Below are positions 1-8,218 of a stretch of DNA of 30,589 bases, piece after piece (the stretch's first letter is position 1; each line of letters starts with the position of its first letter). The DNA is from Candidatus Methanolliviera sp. GoM_oil (GTDB taxonomy: Archaea; Halobacteriota; Methanoliparia; Methanoliparales; Methanoliparaceae), in NCBI GenBank assembly GCA_902158735.1, contig CABGHG010000001.1, forward strand, positions 1 to 30,589, given 5' to 3'. The notes beneath the pieces are model-generated. The model saw nothing but the letters and a program-made list of their open reading frames with translations. It did not search any database and was not told the DNA's origin. The position numbers were made by a program, and so were the translations under genes.

Positions 1-823
1 CCCTCAATTCAGATCGTAATTGTTCTTTCACTCTTTCTCCGTATCTTCCTCTCTCCTCAATGAATCTTTTATGTTCCTCTATCGCAGATGCCAATTCGCC
101 GACACCATCTCCAGAAGTTGCGACTGTCTTCACGATCTTTGGCAAAAACTCCTTTTTTACCGAACTATATCTAAGAGCTTCTTTTATCACTTGAACGGCC
201 ATCTCCGATTTCGGATCATCTGCCTTATTGACGGCATATATATCTGCATATTCGGTTACACCTCCCTTCATCATCTGAATGTCATCGCCCATCATAGGAC
301 CCACAACGACCACCACGGTATGTACATATCTCGCGGGGCTTATATCCAATTGCCCCGCTCCGACCCCTTCCAAAAAGATGATATCACAGCCGAAGATGTC
401 CATAATCTTAATTGCAGCCCCGACCCCTTGAGGAACCGCTCCATAACCGCCTCTCGATGCCATGCTCCTTATGAAGACATCTTTATCGTTTGCATGGTCT
501 TGCATTCTCACTCTATCCCCCAGGAGTGCCCCATGGCTTAAGGGGCTTGTGGGATCTATAGCGATGACTCCAACTTTATAATTTTTTTTCCTGTATGCCC
601 CGATAAGCCTATTAATCAAGGTGCTCTTTCCAACGCCGAAGGGGCCAATCAAACCGACGATATGGGCATCTCCTCTATATTCTTTATATACCTCTTCCAA
701 TGGTGTATGATCCTCAGTGGGATCTTCCGCCAAACTGATCAATTTTGAGGCAATAGGCTTATCTCCCTCCCGTAATCTTTTTATAATCTCTCCATCAGAA
801 AGATTTTTTAGATTCATACCCAT
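1..823 (-). CDS. meaB: MeaB/ArgK-family GTPase (acyl-CoA mutase chaperone); 3'-partial, runs off the left edge; not in the ORF track
   Basis: Manual translation from ATG 823: MGMNLKNLSDGEIIKRLREGDKPIASKLISLAED...GLIGPFGVGKSTLINRL...AIDPTSPLSHGALLGDRVRMQ...FIRSMASRG...EGVGAGQ...GDDIQMMKGG...VNKAD. These are MeaB motifs, and the gene lies directly downstream of the mutase subunits. Confidence 0.93.
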   Translation of the reverse strand, partial: MGMNLKNLSDGEIIKRLREGDKPIASKLISLAEDPTEDHTPLEEVYKEYRGDAHIVGLIGPFGVGKSTLINRLIGAYRKKNYKVGVIAIDPTSPLSHGALLGDRVRMQDHANDKDVFIRSMASRGGYGAVPQGVGAAIKIMDIFGCDIIFLEGVGAGQLDISPARYVHTVVVVVGPMMGDDIQMMKGGVTEYADIYAVNKADDPKSEMAVQVIKEALRYSSVKKEFLPKIVKTVATSGDGVGELASAIEEHKRFIEERGRYGERVKEQLRSELR

Positions 824-842
824 ATTTACCAGTTATCTCTTT

Positions 843-1262
843 TTATTTTACCTCTTTCCCCAGTTTATCTTTTACAAGTTTTTTGATCATATTCGCAATT
901 TCAGATATCGTTGTGCCGGGAATGAAGATACCATCGACTCCCGAGCGTTTCAAGAGGTCAAAGTCTTCCAATGGAATCGTACCACCCACCAGGACCACGA
1001 CATTCTCAAGCAATTCTCTCTCATTAAGCGCACCCGTTATTGCTGGGATGAGAACATCATGTGCTCCAGATAATATACTGAGACCTATCACATCGACATC
1101 TTCTTGAATCGCCGTCTCAACGATCATCTCCGGTGTATTCCAGAGACCAGCATAGATCACCTCAAATCCCGACTCCGTTAATCCCCTCGAGACCACCTTA
1201 ATCCCTCTATCGTGTCCATCCAATCCCGGCTTTGCCATCAATACCTTAATCGGTTTTATCAT
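843..1262 (-). CDS. Acyl-CoA mutase small subunit (cobalamin B12-binding domain)
   Basis: KPGLDGHDRG (DxHxxG), GLSILSG and VGG motifs; 139 aa; between the mutase large subunit and meaB. Confidence 0.95.
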   Translation of the reverse strand: MIKPIKVLMAKPGLDGHDRGIKVVSRGLTESGFEVIYAGLWNTPEMIVETAIQEDVDVIGLSILSGAHDVLIPAITGALNERELLENVVVLVGGTIPLEDFDLLKRSGVDGIFIPGTTISEIANMIKKLVKDKLGKEVK

Positions 1263-1286
1263 TCAAAAATCTCCAATTTGCACCAT
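1263..1286 (-). repeat. Monomeric copy of the hairpin-module family; fills the spacer between the mutase subunits
   Basis: Minus strand reads ATGGTGCAAATTGGAGATTTTTGA followed by the small-subunit ATG. GGAGATTTTTGA-ATG is identical to the sequence before rps3 and rpl32e. Confidence 0.75.
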
Positions 1287-1287
1287 C

Positions 1288-2982
1288 TCAAAATATGGGC
1301 GGCTCCCTAAATCTACCAAAGACATCCTGGAGCGCATACATCACCTCTCCCATCGTGGCTTTGGCATTCACCGCCTCATATATATGCTCAAACATCGGTT
1401 GAGGTTCGTCGAATTTATTATCCTGCATCTCCTCTGCCGTCTTTCTTATGGTATCAAGGATAGTATCTATCTTATTACCGTCCCTATTCTCTCTATACTC
1501 CTTCAACCATTTCCTTCTTTTCTCCTCGAGATCCAACGGTATTCTTAGAGGTTCAAACGAATATTCTATCGATTCTGGCTTTATATCATTTACACCAACT
1601 TTGATAATTTCATTCTTCTCGATCTTACCCTGGTATTCCGATGCCGATTTTGCAATCTCCCGCCAGAAGTAGCCATCGAGGATCGCCTTTGTGGCACCTC
1701 CCATCTTCTCGATCTTCTCGATCTCCTTCATCGCTCCTTCTGTCATCTCTCTTGTGAGCCATTCCACATAGTAAGAACCGCCGAGTGGATCAACCGTATC
1801 CGTTGCACCGATCTCGTATGCCAGTATCCTCTGGGTTAAGGTGGCAATATCCGCCGCTTTATCCGTCGGCGTACAGATCGCCTCATCGTAAGAATCTGTG
1901 TGTAAGGATTGGCAACCACCAAGCACCGCTGCCATCCCTTGTATGGCAACCCTTGCAATATTTGTCTCCGGATATTGGTATGTCAAGGTACATCCACCGG
2001 TTTGGACGTGGAACCTACACATAAGTGATTTTGGATTCTTAGCCCCGAACCAGTCTCTCATAATCTCCGCCCAGATCTTTCTCGCCGCCCTAAATTTTGC
2101 GACTTCCTCGAAGAAATTATCATGTGCGTTCCAGAAGAAGCTCAACCTCGGAGCAAAGCTATCCACATCCATCTTCCATCTCTCGGTAAGATACCTGACA
2201 AATTCTACGCCATCTGAAATCGTCCAAGCAAGCTCCTGGAGAGCAGTCGAACCCGCCTCTCTGATGTGGTATCCACTTATGCTGATCGTATTCCAGAGCG
2301 GAGCGTTCTTTGTGCAGTATCTTATCAGATCCGTGTTCAGATAGAGATGTGCCTCGGGTGAATATCTATAATGCTTCTGTGAATAAAAATCCTTCAGTGA
2401 ATCGTTCTGCGTCGTGCCACCGACCTTTGAGATCGGTATTCCTCGCTTCTTTGCGAGTGCAAAGTATGATGCGAGGATATATTCTGCCGGCGTGTTGATC
2501 GTGAAGTTAACGGTGATCTCATCCGGTCTAATCCCCGAGAAGAGGGATTCCATATCCTCAAATGTGCAGACAGATACACCACATCTGCCAACTTCTCCAA
2601 GGGCAAGTGGATCGTCGCTATCTATTCCATTTATCGTTGGAAAATCGAATGCCGTGCTCAACCCTGTTTCTCCGTGTGCCATAAGTTCTTTCCATCTTCT
2701 ATTCGTATCTTCTGGACCTCCTAAACCGGAGAACATCCGTATCGTCCATATCCTTCCTCTGAACATGTTGGGGTATATCCCCCGCGTATATGGATATTCG
2801 CCCGGTCTCCCTATATCTTTATCGTAATTTATCTCTCTTACATCTTCTGGAGTGTAAATCCTCTTTACCGGGACCCAAGACAACGTCTCAAAATCATCTC
2901 TTCTTTCAAGACCTTTCTTGGCCCTCTCCCTCTCTTCCATAGCCTTTTTAATCAGCTTCTTGCCCGCCTCTTCACCTATCAT
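1288..2982 (-). CDS. B12-dependent acyl-CoA mutase large (substrate-binding) subunit, isobutyryl-CoA-mutase-like
   Basis: PGEYPYTRGIYP, WTIRMFSG, GLSTAFDFPT, GTTQND, ISISGYHIREAG, HTDSYDEA, DPLGGSYYVE. Likely start is ATG 2982 (purine-rich GGAGAGG upstream); the ORF track extends it to 3015. Confidence 0.95.
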   Translation of the reverse strand: MIGEEAGKKLIKKAMEERERAKKGLERRDDFETLSWVPVKRIYTPEDVREINYDKDIGRPGEYPYTRGIYPNMFRGRIWTIRMFSGLGGPEDTNRRWKELMAHGETGLSTAFDFPTINGIDSDDPLALGEVGRCGVSVCTFEDMESLFSGIRPDEITVNFTINTPAEYILASYFALAKKRGIPISKVGGTTQNDSLKDFYSQKHYRYSPEAHLYLNTDLIRYCTKNAPLWNTISISGYHIREAGSTALQELAWTISDGVEFVRYLTERWKMDVDSFAPRLSFFWNAHDNFFEEVAKFRAARKIWAEIMRDWFGAKNPKSLMCRFHVQTGGCTLTYQYPETNIARVAIQGMAAVLGGCQSLHTDSYDEAICTPTDKAADIATLTQRILAYEIGATDTVDPLGGSYYVEWLTREMTEGAMKEIEKIEKMGGATKAILDGYFWREIAKSASEYQGKIEKNEIIKVGVNDIKPESIEYSFEPLRIPLDLEEKRRKWLKEYRENRDGNKIDTILDTIRKTAEEMQDNKFDEPQPMFEHIYEAVNAKATMGEVMYALQDVFGRFREPPIF

Positions 2983-3050
2983 CTTCCTCTCCTCTCTAAT
3001 TTCTTTGCATTGCATAGCATAAAAAGATATTTACAGGTTAAATGAGTATA

Positions 3051-3085
3051 GATCCCTCGCCATTTAGGGCGGGGAGTATGCCAGA
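3051..3085 (+). mobile_element. Solitary IS200/IS605-type end hairpin vestige
   Basis: GATCCCTCGCCATTTAGGGCGGGGAGTATGCCA is an imperfect hairpin resembling the remembered IS200/IS605 end pattern ..TCCCCGCCCTTTAGGGCGGGGAG(G/T)ATGTCA. No tnpA or tnpB nearby. Confidence 0.55.
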
Positions 3086-3109
3086 ACGTTGATTCTTCGC
3101 TTACGCGGA

Positions 3110-3137
3110 AAATGGGATGATAGAAATGGGATGATAG
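3110..3137. repeat. Perfect tandem duplication of a 14-mer
   Basis: AAATGGGATGATAG at 3110-3123 and 3124-3137. Confidence 0.9.
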
Positions 3138-3192
3138 TTATCTTTATATGGTATACTATTCAATCCTCAAAACAAAAAGAGAGGATTGATAT

Positions 3193-3366
3193 ATGGGAAA
3201 GACAGGAACGACAAAATGGGTAAAGATTAGAAATAAGAAGGGAAGATACAGGCTTGTGCCTCAAAAGAGGGCTAACTATAAAAGACCAGGGCCAAACCAG
3301 AGGCGCGATGGTAAGGGTAAACTCAGGAGAAGACTGAAGAGATCTCCTCAATCGGTGATCAGGTAA
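3193..3366 (+). CDS. Small highly basic protein, 57 aa (DUF5350-like from memory); missed by the ORF track
   Basis: MGKTGTTKWVKIRNKKGRYRLVPQKRANYKRPGPNQRRDGKGKLRRRLKRSPQSVIR. GAGGA SD at 3181-3185, TATA-like TTTATATG at 3143-3150, purine-rich coding-like composition. Confidence 0.75.
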   Translation: MGKTGTTKWVKIRNKKGRYRLVPQKRANYKRPGPNQRRDGKGKLRRRLKRSPQSVIR

Positions 3367-3373
3367 AATTCTT

Positions 3374-3388
3374 CAAAAGGTTTATATC
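3374..3388 (+). promoter_or_regulatory. Putative BRE/TATA promoter for aIF1, probably a leaderless transcript
   Basis: CAAAAGG-TTTATA (TATA at 3381-3386); ATG at 3409; no SD visible. Confidence 0.5.
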
Positions 3389-3408
3389 CTGTCATAGCAT
3401 AATTTTAC

Positions 3409-3723
3409 ATGATGAACCAGGACGTGTGTCCCAAGTGTGGACTTCCAAAAGACCTTTGTATATGTGAAGAGGTTGCCAAAGAGAGCCAAAAGGTAACCAT
3501 AAGGGTGAATAGGAGGCGTTACGGGAAAGAGGTTACGGTTGTGGACGGAATGGATGGGGGAGATATAGATCTTGATGAATTGGCACGTTTTCTAAAATCG
3601 AGACTCGCCTGCGGGGGGACGGTTAAAGACTCGACGATAGAGCTACAAGGGCAACACAAAGCTAGAGTAAAAGAGATGCTCATCTCCAAAGGATTTTCCC
3701 CAGGGCAGATAAAGGTCGTATAA
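3409..3723 (+). CDS. sui1: Translation initiation factor aIF1 (SUI1 family)
   Basis: N-terminal [43 protein letters not shown]. Confidence 0.95.
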   Translation: MMNQDVCPKCGLPKDLCICEEVAKESQKVTIRVNRRRYGKEVTVVDGMDGGDIDLDELARFLKSRLACGGTVKDSTIELQGQHKARVKEMLISKGFSPGQIKVV

Positions 3724-3744
3724 GGAAGGGACTATCCTTTTTGG

Positions 3745-4452
3745 TTATTTTTGCTCGATATAAATCTCCTTGAAGGGTTTTTTTTGCTTTAAGACGATGT
3801 ATTTTCTGGCAGAGAGAAAGAGAAGCGGCAGATAGGTTAGTATTATGCTTGTGGGATTATTTTTATCCTCTCCCACCAGTTCTGATAGCGTAATGGTCGT
3901 TTTACTCTTAAATCTCTCATCGAGTATCTCTCTCATTCGCCGAATGATGGTTTCCATATCATCTTCATCCAGCATCTCTAAAACTTTTCTTTCCCGTCTT
4001 TCGTCCTCTCTCTCATCTTTTTTATGCGCCTTAGATCTATTTTTCTTCTCTCTCAATTTTATTGCTTTGTCCAATTGATCTATCAGTTCTAAAAGTGTGA
4101 CCGGTCTTTTTTTTAGTTTTACATGATGAAAGAATTTATCTCCCTCCTTTTCACCTATCTCCACCTCTCTTTCATCGGTAAAAAATTCTTCTTCATAAGA
4201 TTCTTCCTTGCACAACGTGCTCTCATTATCCTCTTCTAATAGAACCTCAGATTTCATCCTTAGAAGAATGGAACCATATAAAAGCGTCCTTCCAGATACT
4301 CTCAAGTTGAGCATCTTCATCTCCTTCAGATGCGACAGAAACTCATCCGTTACCTTCACTATATCTATATTCCACGGATCTATCGTCCCGTCCGATGCCA
4401 TCTCGAGGAGTATCTTTATCGGGTCTTCAGGCGGTAAAAGATCTGATTCCAA
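3745..4452 (-). CDS. scpA: Segregation and condensation protein A (kleisin)
   Basis: IDPWNIDIVKVTDEFL, GRTLLYGSILLRMKS, RPVTLLELIDQL, C-terminal YLPLLFL; abuts the smc stop codon. Confidence 0.92.
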   Translation of the reverse strand: MESDLLPPEDPIKILLEMASDGTIDPWNIDIVKVTDEFLSHLKEMKMLNLRVSGRTLLYGSILLRMKSEVLLEEDNESTLCKEESYEEEFFTDEREVEIGEKEGDKFFHHVKLKKRPVTLLELIDQLDKAIKLREKKNRSKAHKKDEREDERRERKVLEMLDEDDMETIIRRMREILDERFKSKTTITLSELVGEDKNNPTSIILTYLPLLFLSARKYIVLKQKKPFKEIYIEQK

Positions 4453-7400
4453 TTAATTCAACCTCACGCCCGTTATGTGAGATATACCATCCATGAGTGT
4501 TACTCCTAGCACACCATGCGCGCCTTCGAGCATCTTCTTCCTGAGTGAGATCACGATGAATTGGGCATCTGATGAGAAGCTTCGGATCATACTTGAGACC
4601 TTTCCGGCATTAACACCGTCAAGGAACATATCAACCTCATCGAAGATGTAGAAGGGTGACGGTTGGAATTTTTGCGCCGAAAATATTAGAGAGAGGGCGA
4701 TCAAACTCTTCTCTCCTCCCGACATCGCTTGTAATCTTTGAGCCACATTTTTACCTTCTGGCATCGCCCTGATCCAAAGCCCCCCATTAAAAGGATCTTC
4801 TTCATCTTCCAGAACCAGTTCCCCGCTTCCCCCCGAGATCCCCCCATATATCTCCTTGAAGTTCTCGTTTATCCCGTTAAACGTGTTCATAAACGCTTCG
4901 CGCTTCATCCCATCAAATTTTCCAATCCTCTCCAATAGATCATCTCGCTCTCGATTTAAAACATCTCTCTTCTCCGCGAGATCTCTGTATCTCCCATCCA
5001 CGGAGCCGTATTCATCGATGGATCTCATGTTGACGGGTTCCATGCTCTTGATCTCTCCAACAAACTCTTCTATCTTCTTTTCGATCTCTCTCTTTGGCGG
5101 AAGATCTTCTGGCACATCCATCGTGGCTACTTTTTCATCGAAGGAGGATATTCTCTCCCTCAATTCATCCAATTTTTCTTTTACAGACTCTTTCTTGGTG
5201 TTTATGATCTCAATATTTTTATTTATCGATAGTTCTTCTCTTTCAAGCGATGAAATTTCATTTAGGATAGCGTCTCTCTTCTCTCGCAATTTAAGTGTCT
5301 TTTCGTCTGCCTCTTCTTCGATCTTTCTCTTCTCCTCCACCAATGCTTTCATCTCTTCTATCTTCTTTTTCTCTCCCTCGATATCATTTTTAAGCATGGA
5401 TCTATCCTTCTCTCCATCCTCAAGCTCCTTTTTGAGCTCTTCGATCCTCTCTTCTGTATGCTTTTTATTCAGGGATCTCTCCCTCAATTCATCCTCTATC
5501 CCCCGTATCTTATCGTTCAACCTCGATACCTCTTCGATCAAAGAATCTCTTCTCTCTGTGAGAGATGGAAGCATCGAAGATCTGATGCCATCCGCCAACT
5601 CATTCTTCTTCGCTTCAAGCTCCTTAAATTCCAGATCTATCTCTCGAATCTTCTTCTCCAGTGAATCCATCTCATCAGAATAGTTTCTTCCCTCTTCTTC
5701 TATCTGGTTTATATCTCTCTCTATCTCTCCGATCTGTTTAGAAACGTCTTCTTTCTCCTTTTCAAAACCCGAGAGAACCGCCTCACATTTATATGATCTT
5801 CTCTCAATCTCCGTTAGGCGATCTCTTCTTCTCTCGATCTCTTCTCTCATATCTGCCAATTTTTCTCTTACCTCTTCTAATTTCATCTCTCTCTTTATAA
5901 TTTCTGCAGATATCTTCTGTAATTCATCTCTTCGATCGACAGAAAACTTTAATCTTCTCTTGAAGGAGCCACCCGTCATCGCTCCGCTCCTCTCGATCAA
6001 TTCGCCATCGAGCGTCACCATCCTGTAGCTATTTTTCATGCCGCATCGAGCATCTTCAAGATTATCGAAGACCAAGGTATCTCCAAATACGTAACCAAAA
6101 ACATCTTCGAACTTCTCATCGTATTTGACGAGATTCAATGTGTAATCGATGAATCCGTTCAGCTTTGGTTCTCTCTGGCTAATCCTGCTTTTTCTTATTC
6201 TGTTGAGCGGTAAAAACGTTGCTCTACCCATATTTTCTCTCTTTAAAAGGGATATGGCATTTGTAGCATCCTCGTCTGTATCTGTTACGATGTGCTGGAG
6301 TCTTCCACCAGCCGCAACTTCTAATGCCACCGAATATCGCTCATCCACCTTCCCAAGTTCCGCAACGGATCCATAGATTCCTCGAAGTTCTCCACTCCTT
6401 TTAGCATTTAATATGAAGCTTGCTCCCTTGCTATATGCGTCTAATTCTTCTGATGCCTTAATTTTTGCCTCTATTTTTGCGCACATCTCTTTTAATTCAT
6501 CTATTTTACCCTCTAACATATCTGCTTCAAGTTTTTCTGATGAATACCGCTCTTTTAGATCACCCAATTCGCCTGAAATTTTATTCTTCTCCCTTCTCAA
6601 TTCGCCAATCTCTTCAAGCGTCTTTTCCATCGAGTTCTCTATCTCTTCCAATCTTTCAGATAGATCGGATCTTTTACCGATCAATCCATCTTTCTCGGAC
6701 GATCTTCTCCTTGAAAAGCTCAATATCCTGTCTTCCTCTCTCAGACTCTCATCTTTTTCGTATCTCTTCTCCCTCATTTCAAATCCAATCTCATCCAATC
6801 TTTTTATCTCTTCCGCGTGAGCTGCCCCGATTTTGTCTATCTTGGACTTTATTCTGTTCAATTCATCATCCATCTCATCTCTTTCCAGATTAAAGATATT
6901 CAGCCCAACTGCCATCTTTTTAATAATCTCATCCATCTCATCAACTTCTTCCCGCGCTCTATTTGATTCGATGAATTTTTTTTTCATTCTATCTCCGATA
7001 GATCCTATCTCTTTCTCCATTGCCTCTATTTTACCTTTAGATTTTGATATACGCTCTGATATCTCTTCAATTTCTCTTTTAACATCTATTTTCCCCCCTC
7101 CTGCTTTAGATATCTCTGAATTTATCTCTTCCGACGCCCCATTCAATACGATGAGTTTGGACTTTATCTCAGAGATCGAGCAGGAGAAGGCATCTTTATC
7201 ACTTTCGTATCTTTCTAACTCCTCTTTCAAGATATTATCTCTTCTATGGAGGTATCTTAGTTCTAAAATTGTCATATAATTTTCATATATCTCTTTCTCT
7301 TCTTTTAAAGATTTATACTTCAAAGCCTGCTCTTTTTCGTATTTCAATTGGTTTAAACGATCTTTTATCTCGTTTAATATTATATCAGCCATCTCTATTC

Positions 7401-7959
7401 GTTCTTTAACAATTTCAAGTTCTTCTAAAGCTTCTTCTTTCTTTTCATCAAACTCGGCAACGCCGGCGATATCGTCTATTATCCTCCTCCTGCGATAATC
7501 GCTCATCTCTATAATATTCGTCACGTCTCCCTGCATGACTACGCTGTATCCATCTGAGCTTATATTCGCTACGGATAGAGTATCGTGAAGGTCTGACAGA
7601 CTTACCGGATGTCCGTTGATGTAATAATAGCTATAATATCCTTTATCTGTCTTTTTTATATTCCTCTTTATCTCTACCTCATCTCCATCAAATCTTAACA
7701 TTCCATCATCGTTGTCCAAGATCAAAGATACCTCTGCATGGGATTTCTCTATTCCATCTCCCTTGAAGATCAGATCCGTGAGTTTTTCGGCCCTCATCCC
7801 TTTTGACCTTGAGATGCCGAGAACGAAGACGATAGCATCAATTATATTGGATTTCCCACAGCCGTTTGGACCAGAAATTGCAGTAAAATCGCTATAGAAT
7901 GGTATAGCCACTTTTTTTAATGATTTAAAATTCCGTATCTCCAACCTCTTTATGTGCAT
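4453..7959 (-). CDS. smc: Chromosome segregation protein SMC
   Basis: Walker A GPNGCGKSN, long coiled coils, hinge (GIYGSVAELG...GRATFLPLNRI), signature MSGGEKS, Walker B DEVDMFLD; 1168 aa. Confidence 0.98.
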   Translation of the reverse strand: MHIKRLEIRNFKSLKKVAIPFYSDFTAISGPNGCGKSNIIDAIVFVLGISRSKGMRAEKLTDLIFKGDGIEKSHAEVSLILDNDDGMLRFDGDEVEIKRNIKKTDKGYYSYYYINGHPVSLSDLHDTLSVANISSDGYSVVMQGDVTNIIEMSDYRRRRIIDDIAGVAEFDEKKEEALEELEIVKERIEMADIILNEIKDRLNQLKYEKEQALKYKSLKEEKEIYENYMTILELRYLHRRDNILKEELERYESDKDAFSCSISEIKSKLIVLNGASEEINSEISKAGGGKIDVKREIEEISERISKSKGKIEAMEKEIGSIGDRMKKKFIESNRAREEVDEMDEIIKKMAVGLNIFNLERDEMDDELNRIKSKIDKIGAAHAEEIKRLDEIGFEMREKRYEKDESLREEDRILSFSRRRSSEKDGLIGKRSDLSERLEEIENSMEKTLEEIGELRREKNKISGELGDLKERYSSEKLEADMLEGKIDELKEMCAKIEAKIKASEELDAYSKGASFILNAKRSGELRGIYGSVAELGKVDERYSVALEVAAGGRLQHIVTDTDEDATNAISLLKRENMGRATFLPLNRIRKSRISQREPKLNGFIDYTLNLVKYDEKFEDVFGYVFGDTLVFDNLEDARCGMKNSYRMVTLDGELIERSGAMTGGSFKRRLKFSVDRRDELQKISAEIIKREMKLEEVREKLADMREEIERRRDRLTEIERRSYKCEAVLSGFEKEKEDVSKQIGEIERDINQIEEEGRNYSDEMDSLEKKIREIDLEFKELEAKKNELADGIRSSMLPSLTERRDSLIEEVSRLNDKIRGIEDELRERSLNKKHTEERIEELKKELEDGEKDRSMLKNDIEGEKKKIEEMKALVEEKRKIEEEADEKTLKLREKRDAILNEISSLEREELSINKNIEIINTKKESVKEKLDELRERISSFDEKVATMDVPEDLPPKREIEKKIEEFVGEIKSMEPVNMRSIDEYGSVDGRYRDLAEKRDVLNRERDDLLERIGKFDGMKREAFMNTFNGINENFKEIYGGISGGSGELVLEDEEDPFNGGLWIRAMPEGKNVAQRLQAMSGGEKSLIALSLIFSAQKFQPSPFYIFDEVDMFLDGVNAGKVSSMIRSFSSDAQFIVISLRKKMLEGAHGVLGVTLMDGISHITGVRLN

Positions 7960-8218
7960 CGTGCTTTAACCTTTACAATTACCGGGGTTTGCCAAGACCC
8001 AGTTATTCCCCTCTTGCATTTGGATATTTCACCCCCAATTTTCTTGCAGATACGCATTTAAATAGATTAGCCAAAAAGCTTGGCAAATATCTTGGCATAG
8101 TAGAAATAAAGAGATGAACATAGGATATACAGAGGCAATATAAATAATTTTCCGATCTCTGATCGGACGGACAAATCACCGTTAGATTAAATAAAGAAAA
8201 AGATAACCTCAAATTAAT

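Noticed and set aside
201-216. AAATCGGAGAT (minus strand) inside meaB, resembling the hairpin core
   Set aside because: It encodes KSEM right after NKAD with no apparent length change and lacks the flanking stem, so it is probably coincidence.
20-541. 173-aa plus-strand ORF from the track
   Set aside because: It is the antisense shadow of meaB, which has clear family motifs on the minus strand.
3409-3723. aIF1 located outside the ribosomal operon
   Set aside because: Its position varies among euryarchaeal lineages, so this is not remarkable.
4856-7279. Long Ser/Ile/Phe-rich plus-strand ORFs
   Set aside because: Antisense shadows of the Glu/Lys-rich SMC coiled coil.
3745-7959. smc-scpA without scpB
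   Set aside because: This arrangement is common in euryarchaea; scpB is often elsewhere or absent.
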